From the NCBI GenBank assembly GCA_051294905.1, contig CM119371.1, forward strand, positions 21,702,001 to 21,766,000: a DNA stretch of 64,000 nt, read 5' to 3'. Positions within the stretch are counted from its first letter, which is position 1. Every line of letters starts with the position of its first letter. Positions 13,678 through 26,082 of the stretch are shown piece by piece. Origin of the DNA: Botryllus schlosseri (Eukaryota). Under the pieces are notes generated by a model, which was given only the letters and a program-made list of their open reading frames with translations, did no database searches and had not been told where the DNA came from. A program made the position numbers and the translations under genes.

Positions 13678-13723
13678 CGTGCCGGTTGCTCTTGATAAGA
13701 GGCACCCGAAAAGTTCTTCGAGT
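13678..13723 (+). ncRNA. Minimal type I hammerhead ribozyme motif (U3-A8 variant) in 3' pLTR
   Basis: Stem I GCTC/GAGT, core TTGATAA...GAAA, quasi-palindromic stem III AGTTCT, predicted cleavage after C13719. Confidence 0.65.
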
Positions 13724-13835
13724 CATTAAATAGGAATTTACTGTTGAAAGCCGTGTTCAAGTTTTGTACCACCAATCAGTTATAAAAATTAGTTATATAA
13801 AATTTGAAAAATTTTGTGTTCACCCCATGAAAGTG

Positions 13836-14090
13836 TTAGGATGTCTATAGAAGCGATGCTCACCAAATTTGGTTCAATTCCAACCAGTGGAAGCGGAGTT
13901 ATTGCCGTCGAAAAATTTGGTTTTGAATAAAATAGTATTTACGGTGACCGATTCTTTGTTTATTTATTATAGTTGTGCTCACCGTAAATACTATTTTATT
14001 CAAATCCAAATTTTTCGACGGCAATAACTCCGCTTCCACTGGTTGGAATTGAACAAAATTCGGCGAGCATTGTTTCTATAGACAGCCTAA
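13836..14090. repeat. Long inverted repeat, 112-bp arms with 31-bp spacer
   Basis: 13836-13947 is the reverse complement of 13979-14090, with 7 mismatches by my count. Confidence 0.9.
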
Positions 14091-15155
14091 GAACATCCAG
14101 ATGATTATCCCTGTCGTCTTTCTTTGAGAAAATGCGGTGTATTCGAAGAGCCTTGCTGTATATCATGCCTTTTTGACAGTGCATCGAATGAAAGCTGTGA
14201 TAGTTCAATATTTTACCGGAGTCCGTTAGTTTACGGTGAAGTGATGAGGTGATATGACTTTCTTCGATATTGACGAATGTATCGAGGAATGGGACTGCGT
14301 TCATCAAGTGTTCCATAGTCAGCCGGGCATTTGGATGAAAGTCGTTTATAGACTCTTGAAACTTTTCACTGATTCTTCTCCGTGGGTCCATATCATGAAT
14401 ATATCATCGATATATCTGATGTAGAATATTGACCGCAATTTCTGGGTTTCCATAAAATCTTTTTCAAAATGATGCATGGAAATATTTGCATATTGTGGAG
14501 CGAATTTCGTGCCATTGCCGTACCTTGAAGTTGTAAAAAATGTCGTTAATAAATTCGAAGGTGTTTTGCGTCAGCGTGAATCTGATGAGCTCCATGATGC
14601 TTCCTTTCATTGGGTGACTACTTTCCTCTAGGAATCTTTCCACTGCTTTCATACCATCACTCTGTGAAATGCTCGTGTATAGTGATGCAACGTCCATGGT
14701 AGCTAATATCGTGCCTGGTTTCATTTTCTTGAAATTATTGAGTTTGTTCAAGAAATATGTTGTGTCCCGGCAAAAACTTGGTGTGCTTTTCACCAATGGT
14801 TTGAGATGTGTTTCCACGTGTCCGGATATTTTTTCTGTTAGCGTGTTGTTGCACGAGACAATGGGGTGTCCAGGAATAATGTTCGCCTTGTGTAGTTTCG
14901 GAAGCAGATAAAAGCTGCCGAGGCAAGGGTCAGAAAACTTATTGATTTTCGATTTCTTATCTTCGCACATGTCTAAAGATTTAACAATGTCCCTCAATTG
15001 CTTTTTGTGTTCTTTTGTTGGGTGATTTGCTAAATTTTTGTATGAATTGGCGTCGTTCAGTTGCCTATAGCCTTCTTTAAGGAGGTCTTCCAAATACATA
15101 ACGACTGCTTTTTCTCCTTTATCTGCAGGCTTTATCGCGATGTCATGGTCCTAGA
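14090..15155 (-). mobile_element. Penelope-like (Neptune-type) RT fragment, longer copy
   Basis: ORFs 14464-15099 and 13996-14391: TMDVASLYTSI, YIDDIF, PFLDTFV, HSMHCQKGMIYSKALRIHRIFS; frameshifted; same 5' truncation point as 9971-10793. Confidence 0.9.
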
Positions 15156-15243
15156 ATAATTGTTATCCAACTTGATTATAGGGAACAGAAACTGTTCAAA
15201 ATGTCGCACGGCGATAAAGCGGTATGTATAGATTACTGTCTGA

Positions 15244-16623
15244 CAGTGTTGGGATCAAGTCACTACCTTCGAGTCACGAGTCATCTCGAGTCATTGAGCA
15301 TTTTGACTCGAGTCAAGTCAAGTCAATCGATTTTCAAAGGTGACTCGAGTCAAGTCAAGTCACTCGTTTTTTGGAGGTGACTCGAGTCAAGTCAAGTCAA
15401 GTCAAGTCACGAGTCAAGTCACAATTCAAGTCAAATTGAATTTTCGAAGTATGAGTGATCATACAAATTCATTTTATTTTAGCAGCTGTGTTAAAGAGAG
15501 ATCACTTAGTCATTTATATTGAATCAAATAACGAATATCATGTTAAATATACATGCAAAAATGCGTTGTATCGCTCACGCACACGTAGAACTGCTAATAA
15601 AATACGGCAGCAACTGTATAGCTACCTCAGGGGTGTCAAATCTACGACCCACCAAATGAATTCACTCGGCTCGCGCAGCAATTCTGAGTATAGGTTGAAA
15701 ATTGCGTGATTTTATCCAACTCATTTCTCGAATTTGTAGTAAGAAACTCTAATAATAAATATTACTTCAGGATAGCAAATTCCGAGTATGTTCATAAGTC
15801 ACATTATAACCACCCGACAGCGGAGTTGTGATTTCTAGTCATCGTCAGGAGAAAATCGCTGACATTGACACGCAATTCCGAGAATGCGAAAAAGTGCATA
15901 TATTGAGTTAAGAGTTAGTAATATTTTTGAATCATTTGACTGTTGCGGCCCGCGAGTGATCGGTCTATTTGAATCCGGCCCGCGACCTCAGTTGAGTTTG
16001 ACAACTCTGAGCTATATGCTACATTTTCTTATTATCAACCAAAATAGAGGATCGAATACGAAGCTTCGAGAAGTTGAAAGAAATTGATATCGTACACACT
16101 AGCCATCTATACACATCCGTGAGAATATTAACGCATAAAATATATTTGTTCGATTTAAATCATACAAGAGGGTTGGCAGAGGTGAGCGCTGTGCATGTAA
16201 GGACAGAGCCGTCTAATTAACAGCGATACGTTGCAACTTGCAAGCTAGTAGCTCCTACGACAACGCAAGCTGTGATCATTTCGTTTGCGGTCAGTGTATT
16301 TGTGATTTAACAATGCAGGATCGGTGAAACGTACAATCAGTGAATGACTGCTGGTTGCTCTCACAAGTGACAACGGCGTGTCGCGAAGAATCCGAACATG
16401 CACAAAATACATTGATTTAGTCGACACCGTTTACTTGATGACTCGTTTACTTGAAAACTCGTAAGTTTTGCTCCGAGTCACGAGTCAATCCACATTTTTG
16501 AAGCACCGAGTCAAGTCAAGTCAAGTCATTTTTGCGAAGTGACTCGAGTCAAGTCAAGTCATACGAAAAAGTCGACTCGAGTCTGACTCGAGTCAAGTCA
16601 TGACTCGAGTCATCCCAACACTG
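15244..16623. mobile_element. Non-autonomous hAT-like element with GACTCGAGTCAAGTCAA subterminal arrays
   Basis: TIRs CAGTGTTGGGAT / ATCCCAACACTG; TSD CTGTCTGA (15236-15243, 16624-16631); related fragments near 8795-8970 and 18225-18315. Confidence 0.9.
15628..16009. mobile_element. Nested hAT MITE
   Basis: CAGGGGTGTCAAA / TTTGACAACTCTG ends; degenerate TSD AGCTACCT / AGCTATAT. Confidence 0.75.
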
Positions 16624-16811
16624 CTGTCTGAATGTAGTTTGAGCATATTGGTAGGAAACCAACTTGCTTTTTCAGCTGTTTAACTTATGATAAGCCTTAA
16701 CCTTAATGACAGATCAAATAATGTGTGTCAGCTTTCACACTAATGGTCTTATGCTCGTGATCATTAGTCTAGCTTGCAACTTAGTCGACTATTGCACATT
16801 TATCATTTCAG

Positions 16812-16871
16812 AGAAATGTCGAAGATCTGTCAGCAGAAGCATTTGAAGACTTCAGACATTCTCTAAAAAGG
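16812..16871 (+). CDS. Candidate 60-nt phase-0 exon (copy 2), RNVEDLSAEAFEDFRHSLKR, unknown gene
   Basis: TTTCAG acceptor, AGG|GTAAGT donor, open frame, phase-compatible with 18518-18718. Confidence 0.5.
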
Positions 16872-18517
16872 GTAAGTCGAATCTCATTGGCCCACCTCAT
16901 GTGGCCCGCGAAGAAAAACAATTGTTCACCTTTCGTCCAATCACTTCTTGGATGATATTATACCAATGTTTCCAACCGGTAGAGGATACAGGGTTTTATG
17001 GTGGGGAACAAACGAACACACAAAATAAATTCATCCAGTAATATATAAATATATACGAGGTCATAACACCACAATTGCGGTTACCAGTTCACTGCTCTGA
17101 ACTAGATGTGTCACCAATTCTAAGGCGTGTACTTCACAAAAACTAATTTTGAATTCTTAATAACCTATATCGGAATTAAAAACACGTTTAGCACGAGCAG
17201 CATGACGTAGAATAAAGCTTCCGCCGAATTACGCGGGATACCGGTACACATGAAGTTTTATGTTACAGTAAAAAATATTGTTTATGTTTACTTTCATACA
17301 TCCCAGGTATATTAGATGTACTGAAATAAACAAGTAACTTGTCCGTCCGTGAAGTAAAGGGAATGAAGCTCGACAGCGAGAAAACCTTGGCTGAAAACGA
17401 CTGCCCTTATGTTGACCGAAAACCACAAAGTCCAATTGTCCATAGGCAATATTTGCCAGTGAAGAAAAACCAATCTGAAATCGGGGTCGTCTTTTTAGGG
17501 TACGCTTCGGCGATTTCAATATCTTTTCACATAGCAGACGGGAGGTCACGAAATAAAAACATGTAACGGATATTTCCAAGACAGTACCTCACTCATCTCT
17601 ATCGGTAAAACTGAGTAGGTCACTACGTGGCTGCGAGAGGTTTGAAAATATAGCAATATATTTGCAATTACCAATATTATTGACCGAATGAATCATGAAT
17701 CATGAAAAAATTGCGCGCCTCGCGCGATTGTGGCTTACGAGACATATCGTGCATCGTGCATCTCGATGGGGGCTGGTATCGATAGAAAAACGCGGACAGG
17801 GGATTAATGAGAGTTCAAAATGTATCATGTTTACCATTGTTTCAAATTATGACGGCAAATAGATATTTTTTCGGGTAATTAACCGCCACTTTGTCATTCC
17901 TCAATATCAACACATCCTTTGAGCACCAATTCGTGTAATACACTGCTTCCAATTTAGAAATAAAATCAATACGCTGGATATTCTATATTTCTGACGCTGC
18001 CCGCCAACATATTTCTGCTTCTCATTTGGCCCGCGGAGAAAAATAATTGCCCACCCCGGGTGTAGGCCATGAAATGCAATTTTGCATGTATATTGTATAC
18101 TTACCTGTTAGCTCTATAGTCGCTAGTCGATTCAGAATAAATGGTGACTGAATCTGCATTCCAAACAGTCAGCTAAATGAAAATAACTTTGAATCATGCC
18201 TTGTACATTGAAAATTCAACTTATCTTGACTTCTGACTTGACATTACTCGATTAAAAATTTGTAATGACTCGAGCAGATTTTTGACTCGAATTTGGTGAC
18301 TTGTTCCCAACACTATTCATTATCCGACTGAAATCACCCAAATTATTGTACGATTCGGATATAATTTATCCAATACTCTTACCAAACGCTGTTGCACCCC
18401 GTATATACGGTTCACAATCAAATCATAAGTATCAGTAATTCATGGGTTCTGAACAGACGTTCCCGATTCATTTGTTTCACGAAATCGAATGAGTTTATGG
18501 TATCTTTTCTTTGGCAG

Positions 18518-18718
18518 TTATTGCCCGACGTTAGCGGGCAATATGGAGAAGACTATTTCCTACGCTCATGTGCGGAACATAAATCGAGAAACCTGAAAGA
18601 TCTGGACGACAGTTGCCATCGCAATGAGATAAAAGAATCCGAAATTCGAAGGGCGCGCAACGACCTTACCATTAAAATGGAGAAACATGTTGTGGAATTA
18701 TTGGATGTCCTTCAACAG
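18518..18718 (+). CDS. Candidate 201-nt phase-0 coding exon, unknown protein
   Basis: Pyrimidine tract plus GGCAG acceptor, CAG|GTGATA donor, open for 67 codons (LLPDVSGQ...LLDVLQQ). Confidence 0.55.
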
Positions 18719-19909
18719 GTGATAGAGCATGGGCAGACAATCCGTGGCCCGCGGGACAACTGTGGCCAGCCATGTAATTCTCGACATTAGTTATTATATC
18801 AAAAAAATTAATTACCTAGGTAATTTAATGTGAACTTGCAAGACCACCAAAAGTTTGATTATCCTGTCCGCGAACTTTGGGATGTTGATGACTCAAATAT
18901 CTGTTCCGACGCATTGGTGTAGCCTAGTGGATCCTAACCTTGTCTCCAGCTCTCCCCCAGAAGGCGATTTTGATTTTTAAGGGGTGGAAACGCTCAGGGG
19001 CGATATGGGTGGCGCTCGGCTCAGGGTGGCAGTATGCGCTGCAACGAAGAAAAATGGCCTCGCAGTAGATGGTATAGTAAAGACATATGATTATGAAGTG
19101 GAACAATAGGTCTATATATCCCTGAGCTGTCATTGCAAACTAAGATTCTACAAAATCAGTCAAATCACGACGTTTTTCGTCGCGGGCAGGGTGCAATATG
19201 CACCGACGATGTTTCCATGAATGCGGGGGTTTATTTTAATTTATGTAGAATGAATTTGAGTTGTTCATTTATAATTCTGGGAACATCCAACGTCAATGCT
19301 ATTTTTCCAAATCCAGCACTTTCAACAGCAATAACTCTGCTTCTACGTGTTAGAATTTAGTCGAATTTGTTTTGCATCGTTTTTGAAGACATCTCAACCG
19401 TTTCATTGGGTGGCCAGATTTTTTATCTTTTTATTTTTCATGTACTGATTAGAATTGTAGCAAATTTGGTGTGCAGCGTTTTTGAGCGTAATCTCCAAAT
19501 TTAATCACTGAATGGCTGCGAATCAGGAATAAAAAGTTATTTTAAGAGGCCTAATGTACAGATGCTTTGAAACTTTTTGGCCAAAATGATCAAGTAAATA
19601 TACTCAAGAGCTACAATATTTGATAGCTACAAAATTAGGCGTCAGAATATTTCTTTATCGTATCATAAAGTATTATACTGCTTAGTGTAGTGGCCCACAT
19701 TTCATGATCAAGTTAAGAGCGTGGTTCACTACTAAGTTTAATGTGGCCAAAGATCTCTACCACATTCTCAGTTGATTTAGTATTCACAAAAAGCAACAAA
19801 ACAAAACAAAACCCAATACAAATAACTTCACATTATTGCAAATTGCAGAGGTAAATTCGGGATGTTTACTGTACATCGAGCTCGAACCAAATGGTGTGAG
19901 CCCCTAGGC

Positions 19910-20846
19910 CAGGGGTCACCAACCTTTTTTGCAACCAAGGGCTACTTTTGAGGACTGATTGAAGCGACGGGCTACCAATTACTCCCGCCGTTTACCCATG
20001 TCAGACGGAATGTCCGCTTTGATATTCATAGGATTGGGCAGGTATATCATAGCAGTAAGAATTCTAAGAGATTCTTTTAATTCAAAACATCTCATTACAA
20101 CCAGCTAGCCACAAATACTTTTTAAGAAATCACGAAATACTTCGCACCGTGTTTATATAAATTGTTATATAACCAGTGTAAGCTCAGATTTTAAAATAAA
20201 TCACGTCATACGTTAGACTGGACATCGTGTTATCTGTTTCTATACCAGTCAGTGAGAGGCCTGGCATTGAATGCTATCAACTACAGTGCGCTGTACTCTG
20301 GTATGTAACTTACACTGCAACTCTGAGTGAGTGTTGCAGATGTGCAATGTGCATTAGTGAGGCGTGTTCTGTGTTTGTTTTTTGATCAATATCGCGTCCG
20401 CAAAGGCTGATACGCAACGATAAGTTGAACCAAACACGCTTGCAACCTTCATCGCTGCTGCGCAAGTGCGCATTCACCACTGTACTTTTATGTGTCAACA
20501 AGGCACCAAAAGTTTGCTGCGGCCTTGTGGGCTTTGAGGTGGAGGTGATTTTGCAGTGTTATTTTATTACATGTCGGTATATTACTAATTTTAAGTGGGG
20601 ATATTTTATATCATCATTTTAAGTGTTTCTATAAATGTATTGTCATTTCTAAGTCACATGTTGTAGTTTGATTTAAACAAGAATAGCTAAATCACTCAAT
20701 TTATATATTTAAAATTTCACTGGTGATAATCTGACGAATATTTGCAAATGCTGCTATTCAATCCATTTTTAGAGCAGGCTCGCGGGCCACTCATCTGGTC
20801 CTCGCGGGCTATCTGGTGCCCGCGGGCACCAAGTTGGTGACCCCTG
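19910..20846 (-). mobile_element. Internally deleted hAT (Buster/SPIN-like) element with transposase C-terminal remnant
   Basis: TIRs CAGGGGTCACCAAC / GTTGGTGACCCCTG; TSD CCCTAGGC; minus-strand ASVFGSTYRC.SAF near 20400-20450; same family as 61855-63200. Confidence 0.9.
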
Positions 20847-22071
20847 CCCTAGGCCTTAATCGATTATTATTATGACAACCTTGACTTAATCTCGAATATA
20901 GCTTATACAGTTATTATATCGGTAATCAATCGAGTGGTCCTCGGGCACAATTCAAGCGTGAAATATTTCTAATATTGAAGTCCCGATCCGAAACCAGACT
21001 TCGACCACTTATTCATTGTTTTTACAGCAGTCCATAAAATAGGGGCCGCCAGACCCAGGCAATTGCCACATTTTTCGTGTAGCTTCGTATGATCAGGAGA
21101 CCACAATAGAATATTTCGAGGCAGATTTAGTTGACTTGATATTTTTCTTAGCACTTTGAGCGATTTATTGGCACTCGATTTCTTGCATTTAGTATTGGTG
21201 CACCAGTTGAAAATTAAAAACTGTAATCACGCCAAATTTATTGAATAGAGTCTAGCAATATTCGCAATCATGAGAGAACGTGTCGTCCCACATACGAATT
21301 CGCGTCTGGGCTAGCAGAAAGATCGTCAGCGATGAAACCTTTGCACAAAATTGATAGACTCGTATTCACTAAAATCTTTGATATTGATATGCCCAAGAGC
21401 TTATTAATCATGTCCTGGTCAAATGAGCCAAGCGGTATACAGTGTTGACGTACAATATATGCAACTAACATTATTATTGACCGAATTCATTCATTAACTT
21501 TCGACAAATTTCGTGCTTTGCACAAAAATCTGAAGTACGATAACGTATCAGATGTTAAGTTAGATGTTAATTGAGATAGATTGTCGTTTTCATTATTCAG
21601 CGAAGATTTGGGATCTCCAAACGCTTACCGAATGACGTAAATATTTTCCAGGTTGCCAAAAGTGAGAAAACCACCGCGCTGGAATAACTTTATTGAAGTG
21701 AACGTAGTTACAATAATTCATGGGAAAACATAAATGTATGACTGTTGGATGCAAAGTAGCTCCAAACTCCCGGAAGAATGGTCATTGACATCACGTTTCA
21801 CCATCATATGTTGTCACTTGCTATTCGTCAGTTAGTCTCTACAATATGGCTGAATACCTATCCATACGGGGGCTTCCAAATTTTTTCTTCATCCCGTCGT
21901 TCGCACTCGCTCACAATTCTCCAATATTACTTGAGATACCTTTCCACATGCCGAGCGTGGTTCTCATTTCGTGATTTTCGAGTTACCTCTCTCGAGAGCT
22001 GTAGACTTACACGTGCCCCGACTTCAGTTTTATCAGTTTCTATCATACGGTCCCAAACGTTTCATTTTCAG

Positions 22072-22389
22072 TCACGAGAGAACATTCTAGCCGCTCGGAA
22101 AAAGCGTATTGAACATAGATACGTTGAGATGAAGAATGACAGCGAAACGAGACAAAGACACAGACAGATTGTGCACACATTATTGACGCGAGAGGAACAG
22201 TACTGCCAATCTCTTAGCCTACCGCCGGAATTACTGGAAATTCATATGAATGAGTGCGAAGAGTTGCTTCAGCAGAATATAACGATCGGAACTGTTCGAA
22301 GAGTGTTCAATTTTGTTGCAATTCACGGCACGGCTGAACTCCGGCGTTTAGCTATGTCTATGCCAATGACGCGTGGTCTAAGGAGGCAA
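22072..22389 (+). CDS. Candidate 318-nt phase-0 coding exon, unknown helical protein
   Basis: TTTCATTTTCAG acceptor, CAA|GTGAGT donor, open for 106 codons (SRENILAARKKRIE...GLRRQ). Confidence 0.6.
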
Positions 22390-23352
22390 GTGAGTCAGTG
22401 CCTGACCTGTTGTGAGGATGAGTAAAAAAAAATTATTTAAAACCTTCAATGATTAAAATACCAATAATTACACTGGTCAGCACGTATTTTTCGCAGGCAA
22501 TGTAAGAGTGGTTTGAGGGTTTTGGAGGGCACTGATTCCGAATATTGCCTTTAGTCTTTTTCATATTTGCTCTACTGTTGAAAATAATTCATGGGGCTGT
22601 ATTTACCGTGATACTCAAATAACGTTGCAATAATTCAATCAGTTTTGCGTCGACTACCTATAGTAAATTCTGAATAATCTGTTGGAATATTATGTAATGC
22701 ATCAAGAAAAAAATAGTTTATTGTGCGAATTTCGCTTGTAAGCTAGTTAGTGCAGTTTCACAAGAGGTACCAGCAATAGTCTGTCATAATATATTCATCT
22801 CATCTGCCCTGATATCTTTCTCTTGTTGCTTCAAGATCTTGGCGGACCTTTGCCCTTGCCAGTCCCTCTAATCAACCAGATGATAAGGGAATATATCAAA
22901 ATGCCTGAACAGGAAGTTAAGTTTAATGCTCATGTTTGCTCGAAGTTTTCCATATGCAGATACCATTTTTCGGACCAAGCGTTTGTAGTTATTAATATTA
23001 GATGGATCGACATAAATCCCCACTAAATTTACTATATTCATAGTTGTGCGATATGCCTTCCAAGGGACGTCACAGGTACTTTATTAACTGGGGATTGAAC
23101 GGATGGGTTTCATGAACCTTTAAAACAGCAACGAGAAGTTTCATCGCTAATCAGTGGTGGCTTTTGGGATAGACGAGGTAGGCGGTCGCCTAGGGGCCCC
23201 TGGTTGATTTACGCACTTTCGAGCACAACCCCCCTTCTCGGTTAACATGCTTTTTCAACTATTTCACCGGTTTACGTGCTTTTATTTCAAGTATTACCAT
23301 TTTCAGAACAATCGCGGAAGTCCTTGTATCCATAAAGAATATGGCACTGCGG

Positions 23353-23495
23353 CGTTTGTTTGTCTGTTTTGGGGTATTCATGGTGTTTGTCGACTACTAT
23401 GTTCAGTTACAACAAGCCGATATTTTTCTTATTTTTCGTAACTGCCGACTTATAGCACGGCCCACCTCTAGGCTTTTTGCTGACGTGGATGAGGT
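23353..23495 (-). mobile_element. 3' fragment of the tRNA-derived SINE
   Basis: Reverse complement resembles 43450-43600, including the simple-repeat tail. Confidence 0.65.
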
Positions 23496-23539
23496 TTTTA
23501 GTTAGCATTTTACGAATGACCATTATAATACATGCACCA

Positions 23540-24190
23540 ATGTAAAATATGGTACCGTCAGCAGTAGTCGATCATTAACTTTCTGCACCCGGTACATGAG
23601 CTCACTCTGGTTTTATGATCTCTACCCATTTTGCCGTTAGCTAAAGGCCCTCCATCCTACATTTAGCGAATGTTAGTCACCGTATCATTTTGCGAATAAC
23701 CTTGAACCTATGAGCCCATGTATAATATGGTACCGTAGACCGCAATCGATCAATAAATTTCTGCACCCGCTAACAGAGCTTACTTTGATATTATGAGGGG
23801 CCCCCTTCTACATTTACGCAATTTTTTGTTATCATTTTACGAATAACCGTGAAAATTTCTGTACCCATTGTAGAATATGGTACCGTAAACAGCAGTCGAT
23901 CATTAAATTTCTGCACCTTCTAAAAGAGCTAGCTTACTATGATTTTATTAGGGGGCCCCCTTTCTACATTCCCGCTATTTTGGTTATCATTTTGCGAATA
24001 ACCGTGAAAATATAGGTACCCATGTAGAATATGATACCGTAAACAGTAGTCGACGATTAAATTTCTGCACCCGCTAAAAGAGCTTGCACTTTGATTTTAT
24101 GAGACCCCCCCCCCCCCTTTTACATTCACGTGATTTTTAGGTATCATTTAGCAAATACCCGTGAAAATATATGTATCATGTAGATGTAGA
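23540..24190. repeat. Degenerate tandem repeat, about 4 units of 150-180 bp
   Basis: AATATGGTACCGT...CGATCATTAAATTTCTGCACCC recurs at about 23546, 23724, 23874 and 24028. Confidence 0.85.
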
Positions 24191-24534
24191 ATATGCCCAC
24201 CCCTGTTTTAGGTTATGGTTGTCTGATATATATTGGCTTGAACCTTTGACAATATACCTTTGTAGTGTCACCAGTCTTATCAGAACGTGTTTACTGTTGC
24301 TGTTTGGTTATCGAGTTGACGATTTTTCTTTCGACATCACGCCTGTTCAAAACTATCCCATAATATCCAAATCAGAAGTTTGAACTATCCGAAAATAACC
24401 GAAACAAAATTTGCATTAAAATCCGAATCCGATCCGACCGTCTCAAAATTGCACAAAATCCGGTCTGAATACTATCCGAATCCGTCCAATGCTCATCATT
24501 GGTGTGCTGGCTTATTACTAATGTCAGCCTACAG

Positions 24535-26082
24535 CAGGGGTCGGCAACCTTCTGCTAGTCGCGGGCCAAACTTCGGGTGTACAACCTTTGGGCGGGCCGG
24601 ATTTTTTCTTAGTACTATATTTTACGCTCACTTCGGTATATTATCCTACATTGCTGCAATCTCAATTATACCAATCCGAAGACACATGTATTTACACTTC
24701 AACGACACAGAATAATTGTGACAATTGACGCAGCTTGCTTTGTGAAAGGTTTTCAACTTCTGGTAACAAGTCAGAAGAAACAAGAATAAAACCCTATTCA
24801 AAATGGACGTCCGAAATACGTAATCTTAGCTTGCTCTTCGTGAATTGCATTGTTCAAAACTATTGTTCACATGCGTACGTGCTTCCAAAAATCGATGCAA
24901 TTTCTTTTGCATTGCTGGTCAAGCTGGGAAAAAGACCAATTTCAAGAACGTACTCTTTGTCAAAGTCATGCAGAGATATGCTCTTGTATGAAATTTGTCA
25001 TTCAATTCAACTGCATCGCATTTCAGAAAGGCCCATTTGAAATTTTCAGGCAATGGTATTGGCGTCCACATTAAACAGAGTACTGAATAGTCAGAATTCA
25101 TTTGGTAGAGAAGGAATGTCGGAAAAGCGGGTGAATATTCAGTAGTTAAATTTCGTATCACAGATAAAAATGTAATGTTGGTACTAGGTTTTCTCTCCTC
25201 CAGTATGGGAAAGTGAGCATGATTTTCTTTGTGCTGTTGACATTTCCAGAGTCACAGATTTGTTTTGAATGCGCCTCAACATCTCATGTATGTAGTTGTT
25301 TTCCCCCTGAAGTTGCAAGTTCAATTTGTTCAGATGTGACGTTAAATGTACCAGGAAAGCAAGATGAGATACCCATTTTCGATTACAAGATTACGAGTCG
25401 GCGATATTTGTATTTTCGAGGAAAGTTGCTATTTCATTTATCAGTTCATACACTCGTGTAAGCATAGCTGCTCGACTCAATGAGCGAACATGACAGATAT
25501 AGGCCTACATGATATCGCCATATTGATTCTCTGCTTCTAGTAATATCTGGCGTAACTGATTCAGTTGATGAGTCAAAATCATATTAACAGTTTTCCCCAT
25601 TGTGGCCAAAACACTATTTAGGTTTTTTTTGTCTTGGCACACAATGCGTTCTGGAAAATCAAACCATAGACAGGCTAAGTAACATACGGAGGCTAGTTAT
25701 CTATAATTGAATAGTTTGAGATTCCGTCATTGCGTCTGAGATGCTCCAAGCGTTTTTGAAGCAAAGTAAGAACACCTTTATTGTCACACCGCGTTAGAGT
25801 GATTAGCCCTTTAATAAAAGCATGGAACACCTTCGGTTGCGAGATACACCCGATTGATAAGCACTGATCCAGTCTAGTCTATCTCCATCTCCTTCTTCAA
25901 CCACCTTCGTTTTATGGCGTAACAATAGACTAATACGATGTAGGCTACTATTATATCGTATCAATGCCGCATTTTTTCATGCAGCGCTGCACTGCAGATT
26001 GAAACTCATTATGAAGCGGCGGGCCGCATTCTTGTGATAACTAATTATTTTGTCGCGGGCCGGACGATTTCGCTTACCCTTG
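24535..26082 (-). mobile_element. Decayed hAT (Buster/SPIN-like) transposon with transposase remnants
   Basis: TSD GCCTACAG (24527-24534, 26083-26090); minus-strand WVSHLAFLVHLTSHLNKLNLQLQG and IASIFGSTYACEQ with stops. Confidence 0.85.

Larger units (their letters stand above)
12972..13780 (+). mobile_element. 5'-truncated Penelope-like element (family B): inverted pLTR, GIY-YIG endonuclease remnant and 3' pLTR
   Basis: VGRTSQRLLERIKEH, then IGQHLIANPSCASNYSDNMFSVLSKGRTIFHLTALESTFIK (13088-13440); 12972-13090 is the reverse complement of 13636-13754; flanking duplication TATAAAAATTAGT (12959-12971, 13781-13793). Confidence 0.88.
12043..17345 (+). repeat. Tandem segmental duplication, copy 2 (with extra inserted elements)
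   Basis: Colinear with 9824-11583 plus additional segments 12190-14319 and 15244-16631. Confidence 0.88.

Noticed and set aside
15255..15435. Regular GACTCGAGTCAAGTCAA repeats resembling a CRISPR or iteron array
   Set aside because: No unique spacers of constant length; mirrored at 16440-16615 as subterminal repeats of a TIR element with an 8-bp TSD
22150..22215. RhoGEF (DH) domain start suggested by HRQIVHTLLTREEQYCQSL
   Set aside because: The resemblance is limited to one helix and the following residues do not fit a DH domain; no gene name assigned
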